Shown here: positions 23,901 to 31,202 of the stretch, one piece after another
Position numbering within the stretch: position 1 is the first letter of the stretch
How the letters are laid out: every line of letters starts with the position of its first letter
Origin: Utricularia gibba
Lineage: Eukaryota; Plantae; Magnoliophyta
Length of the DNA stretch: 31,202 bases
Direction: 5' to 3'
Assembly: GCA_002189035.1 (NCBI GenBank)
Contig: NEEC01000331.1
Location: forward strand, 1 to 31,202
The notes under the pieces: model-generated
Databases searched by the model: none
The model's input: only the letters and a program-made list of their open reading frames with translations
What the model was told of the DNA's origin: nothing
Made by a program: the position numbers and the translations under genes

Positions 23901-26900
23901 CGTGGCACGACGCGCGCGCCGCTGCACGCACGTTGACAACCCGATGGCGTGCCGCATAAAGAAGAAAAAGAAAAAGAAAAAAAAAAAGGGATGCAACACG
24001 GACTTCCCAGGGGTTAGAAAATTCGGTGTGCCACGAGGGCAAGAGGGGTTTTCACGTGGACCGACGCGCGCGCGCCACGCACGTTGACAACCCGATGGCG
24101 TGCCGCATAAAGAAAAAGAAAAAGAAAAAAAAAAAAAAGGGATGCAACACGAGGACTTCCAGGGGTTAGAAAATTCGGTGTGCCACGAGGCAAGAGGGGT
24201 TTACGTGGTTGTGCCGCATAAAGAAGAAAAAGAAAAAGAAAAAAAAAAAAAAGGGATGCAACACTTCCCAGGGGGTTAGAAAATTCGGTGTGCCACGAGG
24301 GCAAGAGGGGTTTTCACGTGGCACCGCGCGCGCGCCGCTGCACGCACGTTGACAACCCGATGGCGTGCCGCATAAAGAAGAAAAAGAAAAAGAAAAAAAA
24401 AAAAGGGATGCAACACGTGGACTTCCCAGGGGGTTAGAAAATTCGGTGTGCCACGAGGGCAAGAGGGGTTTCACGTGCCGACGCGCGCGCGCTGCACGCA
24501 CGTTGACAACCCGATGGCGTGCCGCATAAAGAAGAAAAAGAAAAAGAAAAAAAAAAAAAGGGATGCAACACGTGGACTTCCCAGGGGGTTAGAAATTCGG
24601 TGTGCCACGAGGGCAAGAGGGGTTTTCACGTGGACCGACGCCGCGCCGCTGCACGCACGTTGACAACCCGATGGCGTGCCGCATAAAGAAGAAAAAGAAA
24701 AAAGAAAAAAAAAAAAGGGATGCAACACGAGGACTTCCCAGGGGTTAGAAAATTCGGTGTGCCACGAGGGCAAGAGGGTTTTCACGTGGCACCGACGCGC
24801 GCGCCGCTGCCGCACGTTGACAACCGATGGCGTGCCGCATAAAGAAAAAAAAGAAAAAGAAAAAAAAAAAAAGGGATGCAACACGAGGACTTCCAGGGGG
24901 TTAGAAAATTCGGTGTGCCACGAGGGCAAGAGGGGTTTTCACGTGGCACCGAGCGCGCGCCGCTGCACGCACGTTGACAACCCGATGGCGTGCCGCATAA
25001 AGAAGAAAAAGAAAAAGAAAAAAAAAAAAGGGATGCAACACGAGGACTTCCCAGGGGGTTAGAAAATTCGGTGTGCAACGAGGGCAAGAGGGGTTTTCAC
25101 GTGGCACCGACGCGCGCGCCGCTGCACGCACGTTGACAACCCGATGGCGTGCCGCATAAAGAAGAAAAAGAAAAGAAAAAAAAAAAAAAGGGATGCAACA
25201 CGAGGACTTCCCAGGGGGTTAGAAAATTCGGTGTGCCACGAGGGCAAGAGGGGTTTTCACGTGGCACCGACGCGCGCGCCGCTGCACGCACGTTGACAAC
25301 CCGATGGCGTGCCGCATAAAGAAGAAAAAGAAAAAAAAAAAAAAAAAAAGGGATGCAACACGAGACTTCCCAGGGGTTAGAAAATTCGGTGTGCCACGAG
25401 GGCAAGAGGGTTTTCACGTGGCACCGACGCGCGCGCCGCTGCACGCACGTTGACAACCCGATGGCGTGCCGCATAAAGAAGAAAAAGAAAAAGAAAAAAA
25501 AAAAAAGGGATGCAACGAGGACTTCCCAGGGGTTAGAAAATTCGGTGTGCCACGAGGGCAAGAGGGGTTTTCACGTGGCACCGACGCGCGCGCGCTGCAC
25601 GCACGTTGACACCCGATGGCGTGCCGCATAAAGAAGAAAAAGAAAAAAAAAAAAAAAAAAAGGGATGCAACACGAGGACTTCCCAGGGGGTTAGAAAATT
25701 CGTGTGCCACGAGGGCAAGAGGGGTTTTCACGTGGCACCGACGCGCGCGCCGCTGCACCACGTTGACAACCCGATGGCGTGCCGCAAAAGAAAAAAGAAA
25801 AAGAAAAAAAAAAAAAGGGATGCAACACGAGGACTTCCCAGGGGGTTAGAAAATTCGGTGTGCCACGAGGGCAAGAGGGGTTTTCACGTGGCACCGACGC
25901 GCGCGCCGCTGCACGCACGTTGACAACCCGATGGCGTGCCGCATAAAGAAAAAAAAAGAAAAAGAAAAAAAAAAAGGGGATGCAACACGAGGACTTCCCA
26001 GGGGGTTAGAAAATTCGGTGTGCCACGAGGGCAAGAGGGGTTTTCACGTGGCACCGACGCGCGCGCCGCTGCACGCACGTTGACAACCCGATGGCGTGCC
26101 GCATAAAGAAGAAAAAGAAAAAGAAAAAAAAAAAAAGGGATGCAACACGAGGACTTTCCCAGGGGGTTAGAAAATTCGGTGTGCCACGAGGGCAAGAGGG
26201 GTTTTCACGTGGCACCGACGCGCGCGCCGCTGCACGCACGTTGACAACCCGATGGCGTGCCGCATAAAGAAGAAAAAGAAAAAGAAAAAAAAAAAAAGGG
26301 ATGCAACACGAGGACTTCCCAGGGGGTTAGAAAATTCGGTGTGCCACGAGGGCAAGAGGGGTTTTCACGTGGCACCGACGCGCGCGCCGCTGCACGCACG
26401 TTGACAACCCGATGGCGTGCCGCATAAAGAAAAAAAGAAAAAAAAAAAAAAGGGATGCAACACGTGGACTTCCAGGGGGTTAGAAAATTCGGTGCCACGA
26501 GGGCAAGAGGGTTTTCACGTGGCACCGACGCGCGCGCCGCTGCACGCACGTTGACACCCGATGGCGTGCCGCATAAAGAAGAAAAAGAAAAAGAAAAAAA
26601 AAAAAAGGATGCAACACGAGGACTTCCCAGGGGTTAGAAAATTCGGTGTGCCACGAGGGCAAGAGGGGTTTTCACGTGGCACCGACGCGCGCGCCGCTGC
26701 ACGCACGTTGACAACCCGATGGCGTGCCGCATAAAGAAAAAAAGAAAAAAAAAAAAGGGATGCAACACGAGGACTTCCAGGGGTTAGAAAATTCGGTGTG
26801 CCACGGGGCAAGAGGGTTTTCACTGGCACGACGCGCGTGCACGCACGTTGACAACCCGATGGCGTGCCGCATAAAGAAGAAAAAGAAAAAGAAAAAAAAA

Positions 26901-29900
26901 AAGGGATGCAACACGGGACTTCCCAGGGGGTTAGAAAATTCGGTGTGCCACGAGGGGAGGGGTTTCACGTGGCACCGACGCGCGCGCCGCTGCACGCACG
27001 TTGACAACCCGATGGCGTGCCGCATAAAGAAGAAAAAGAAAAAGAAAAAAAAAAAGGGATGCAACACGAGGACTTCCCAGGGGTTAGAAAATTCGGTGTG
27101 CCACGAGGCAAGAGGGGTTTTCACGTGGCACCGACGCGCGCGCCGCTGCACGCACGTTGACAACCGATGGCGTGCCGCATAAAGAAGAAAAGAAAAAGAA
27201 AAAAAAAAAAGGGATGCAACGAGGACTTCCCAGGGGGTTAGAAAATTCGGTGTGCCACGAGGGGGGGTTTTCACGTGGCACCGACGCGCGCGCCGCTGCA
27301 CGCACGTTGACAACCATGGCGTGCCGCATAAAGAAAAGAAAAAGAAAAAAAAAAAAAAAGGGATGCAACACGAGGACTTCCCAGGGGGTTAGAAAATTCG
27401 GTGTGCCACGAGGGCAAGAGGGGTTTTCACGTGCCGACGCGCGCGCCGCTGCACGCACGTTGACAACCCGATGGCGTGCCGCATAAAGAAGAAAAAGAAA
27501 AAGAAAAAAAAAAAAAAGGGATGCAACACGAGGACTTCCCAGGGGGTTAGAAAATTCGGTGTGCCACGAGGGCAAGAGGGGTTTTCACGTGGCACCGACG
27601 CGCGCGCCGCTGCACGCACGTTGACAACCGATGGCGTGCCGCATAAAGAAGAAAAAGAAAAAAAAAAAAAAAAAAAGGGATGCAACACGAGGACTTCCCA
27701 GGGGGTTAGAAAATTCGGTGTGCCAGGGGCAAAGGGGTTTTCACGTGACCGACGCGCGCGCCGCTGCACCACGTTGACAACCCGATGGCGTGCCGCATAA
27801 AGAAGAAAAAGAAAAAAAAAAAAAAAAGGGATGCAACACGAGGACTTCCCAGGGGTTAGAAATTCGGTGTGCTTTTCACGTGGCACCGACGCGCGCGCCG
27901 CTGCACGCACGTTGACAACCCGATGGCGTGCCGCATAAAGAAGAAAAAGAAAAAGAAAAAAAAAAAAGGGATGCAACACGGACTTCCCAGGGGGTTAGAA
28001 AATTCGGTGTGCCACGAGGGCAAGAGGGGTTTTCACGTGGCACCGACGCGCGCGCCGCTGCACGCACGTTGACAACCCGATGGCGTGCCGCATAAAGAAG
28101 AAAAGAAAAAGAAAAAAAAAAAGGGATGCAACACGAGGACTTCCCAGGGGGTTAGAAAATTCGGTGTGCCACGAGGGCAAGAGGGGTTTTCACGTGGCAC
28201 CGACGCGCGCGCCGCTGCACGCACGTTGACAACCCGATGGCGTGCCGCATAAAGAAGAAAAAGAAAAAAAAAAAAAAAAAGGGATGCAACACTTCCCAGG
28301 GGGTTAGAAAATTCGGTGTGCCACGAGGGCAAGAGGGTTTTCACGTGGCACCGACGCGCGCGCCGCTGCACGCACGTTGACAACCCGATGGCGTGCCGCA
28401 TAAAGAAGAAAAGAAAAAGAAAAAAAAAAAAGGGATGCAACACGAGGACTTCCCAGGGGTTTAGAAAATTCGGTGCCACGAGGGCAAGAGGGGTTTTCAC
28501 GTGGCACCGACGCGCGCGCCGCTGCACGCACGTTGACAACCCGATGGCGTGCCGCATAAAGAAGAAAAAGAAAAGAAAAAAAAAAAAGGGATGCAACACG
28601 TGGACTTCCCAGGGGTTAGAAAATTCGGTGTGCCACGAGGGCAAGAGGGGTTTTCACGTGGCACCGACGCGCGCGCCGCTGCACGCACGTTGTGGCGTGC
28701 CGCATAAAGAAGAAAAAGAAAAAGAAAAAAAAAAAAAAGGGATGCAACACGAGGACTTCCCAGGGTTAGAAAATTCGGTGTGCCACGAGGGCAAGAGGGG
28801 TTTTCACGTGGACCGACGCGCGCGCCGCTGCACGCACGTTGACAACCCGATGGCGTGCCGCATAAAGAAGAAAAAGAAAAAGAAAAAAAAAGGGATGCAA
28901 CACGAGGACTTCCCAGGGGGTTAGAAAATTCGGTGTGCCACGAGGGCAAGAGGGTTTTGGCACCGACGCGCGCGCCGCTGCACGCACGTTGACAACCCGA
29001 TGGCGTGCCGCATAAAGAAGAAAAAGAAAAAAAAAAAAAAAAAGGGATGCAACACGACTTCGGGGGTTAGAAAATTCGGTGTGCCACGAGGCAAGGGGTT
29101 TTCACGTGGCACCGACGCGCGCGCCGCTGCACGCACGTTGACAACCCGATGGTGCCGCATAAGAAAAAAAAAGAAAAAAAAAAAAAAGGGATGCAACACG
29201 AGGACTTCCCAGGGGGTTAGAAAATTCGGTGCCACGAGGGCAAGAGGGCACGTGTGCACGCACGTTGAGGCGTGTAAAGAAAAAGAAAAAGAAAAAAAAA
29301 AAAAAAGGGATGCAACACGAGGAACGGTGTGCACGAGGGCAAGAGGGTTTTCACGTGGACGCGCGCGCCGCTGCACGCACGTTGACAACCGATGGCGTGC
29401 CGCATAAAGAAAAAAGAAAAAGAAAAAAAAAAAAAAGGGATGCAACACGAGGACTTCCAGGGGTTAGAAAATTCGGTGTGCCACGAGGGCAAGAGGGGTT
29501 TTCACGTGGCACCGACGCGCGCGCCGCTGCACGCACGTTGACAACCCGATGGCGTGCCGCATAAAGAAGAAAAAGAAAAAGAAAAAAAAAAAAAAAAGGG
29601 ATGCAACACGAGGACTTCCAGGGGGTTAGAAAATTCGGTGTGCCACGAGGGCAAGAGGGGTTTCACGTGGCACCGACGCGCGCGCCGCTGCACGCACGTT
29701 GACAACCCGATGGCGTGCCGCATAAAGAAGAAAAAGAAAAAGAAAAAAAAAAAAAAGGGATGCAACACGTGGACTTCCCAGGGGGTTAGAAAATTCGGTG
29801 TGCCACGAGGGCAAGAGGGGTTTTCACGTGGACCGACGCGCGCGCGCTGCACGCACGTTGACAACCCGATGGCGTGCCGCATAAAGAAGAAAAAGAAAAA

Positions 29901-31202
29901 GAAAAAAAAAAAAAGGGATGCAACACGAGGACTTCCCAGGGGGTTAGAAAATTCGGTGTGCCACGAGGGCAAGAGGGGTTTTCACGTGCTGCAACGTTGA
30001 CAACCCGATGGCGTGCCGCATAAAGAAGAAAAAGAAAAAGAAAAAAAAAAAAAAGGGGATGCAACACGAGGACTTCCAGGGGTTAGAAATTCGGTGTGCC
30101 ACGAGGGCAAGAGGGTTTCACGTGGCACCGACGCGCGCGCCGCTGCACGCACGTTGACAACCCGATGGCGTGCCGCATAAAGAAGAAAAAGAAAAGAAAA
30201 AAAAAAAAGGGATGCAACACGAGGACTTCCCAGGGGGTTAGAAAATTCGGTGTGCCACGAGGGCAAGAGGGGTTTTCACGTGGCATGCACGCACGTTGAC
30301 AACCCGATGGCGTGCCGCATAAAGAAGAAAAAGAAAAAGAAAAAAAAAAAAGGGATGCAACACGGGACTTCCCAGGGGTTAGAAAATTCGGTGGCCACGA
30401 GGGCAAGAGGGTTTTCACGTGGCACCGACGCGCGCGCCGCTGCACGCACGTTGACAACCGATGGCGTGCCGCATAAGAGAAGAAAAAGAAAAAAAAAAAA
30501 AAAAAAGGATGCAACACGAGGACTTCCCAGGGGTTAGAAAATTCGGTGTGCCACGAGGGCAAGAGGGGTTTTCACGTGGCACCGACCGCGCGCCGCTGCA
30601 CGCACGTTGACAACCCGATGGCGTGCCGCATAAAGAAGAAAAAAAAAAGAAAAAAAAAAAAAGGATGCAACACGAGGACTTCCCAGGGGGTTAGAAAATT
30701 CGGTGTGCCACGAGGCAAGAGGGGTTTTCACGTGGCACCGACGCGCGCGCCGCTGCACGCACGTTGACCCGATGGCGTGCGCATAAAGAAGAAAAGAAAA
30801 AGAAAAAAAAAAAAAGGATGCAACACGAGGACTTCCCAGGGGTTAGAAAATTCGGTGTGCCACGTTTTCGTGGCACCGACGCGCGCGCCGCTGCACGCAC
30901 GTTGACAACCCGATGGCGTGCCGCATAAAGAAAAAAGAAAAAGAAAAAAAAAAAAAGGGATGCAACACGAGGACTTCCCAGGGGGTTAGAAAATTCGGTG
31001 TGCCACGAGGGCAAGAGGGGTTTCACGTTGGCAACACACCGCACATTGACCCATGGGAGAAAAACGCACAACAAGACTTTGAGGCACACAGAGAAAATTC
31101 GGTGTGCCACGAGGGCAAGAGGGGTTTTCACGATTGCCCGATGGCGTGCCGCACGAACGGTGTGCAACGAGGCAAGGGGTGGGCACCGACGCGCGCGCCG
31201 CT

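Larger units (their letters stand above)
1..31202. repeat. Tandem satellite array, ~160-bp monomer (~190-200 copies), derived from truncated plant 5S rDNA units
   Basis: The same ~160-bp unit recurs head-to-tail across the window (e.g. AAAATTCGG starts at 1150 and 1313). All copies are in one orientation, and interruptions are few (15931-16010, four inserts at 18790-20993, ragged ends). Each unit contains GGGATGCAACACGAGGACTTCCCAGGGGGT, the reverse complement of the plant 5S rRNA 3' end. Confidence 0.97.

Noticed and set aside
113-31186. Hundreds of ORFs of 60-395 aa (poly-Lys on +, poly-Phe on -)
   Set aside because: They are translations of the repeat. Frames shift with every homopolymer indel, the peptides are low-complexity, and no protein domain is recognisable.
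1-31202. CRISPR-like array
   Set aside because: There are no unique spacers: whole units are repeated. No cas genes are present and the sequence is of plant nuclear 5S origin.
31021-31202. Apparently novel sequence at the right end (31028-31091)
   Set aside because: It still follows the monomer order (GCAC.TTGAC..CCATGG..AAAA..GCA.A..GACTT), so it is most likely low-coverage consensus noise rather than a flanking unique region.

Overview
The whole window is one head-to-tail tandem array of a ~160-bp monomer, roughly 190-200 copies estimated from length. There is no credible protein-coding gene. Consensus on the + strand: AAAATTCGGTGTGCCACGAGGGCAAGAGGGGTTTTCACGTGGCACCGACGCGCGCGCCGCTGCACGCACGTTGACAACCCGATGGCGTGCCGCAT-AAAGAAGAAAAAGAAAAAG(A)n-GGGATGCAACACGAGGACTTCCCAGGGGGTTAG. 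Read on the - strand, each monomer is the last ~30 nt of a land-plant nuclear 5S rRNA gene (ACCCCCTGGGAAGTCCTCGTGTTGCATCCC), then its oligo-T Pol III terminator, then ~95 bp of adjoining spacer. The 5' ~89 nt of the gene, including the internal promoter, is missing. The array therefore looks like a satellite born from 5S rDNA by deletion and amplification. Four longer units at 18.8-21.0 kb, arranged as two pairs ~1.68 kb apart, carry garbled remnants of the missing 5S gene part and the missing spacer. They are probably the ancestral full-length 5S units, possibly damaged by assembly polishing. A single-base A>T variant in the 5S fragment marks a sub-domain at ~16.6-24.6 kb around these long units. 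Most other copy-to-copy variation is homopolymer length change and short deletions, as expected from noisy long-read consensus, so fine details need read-level confirmation.
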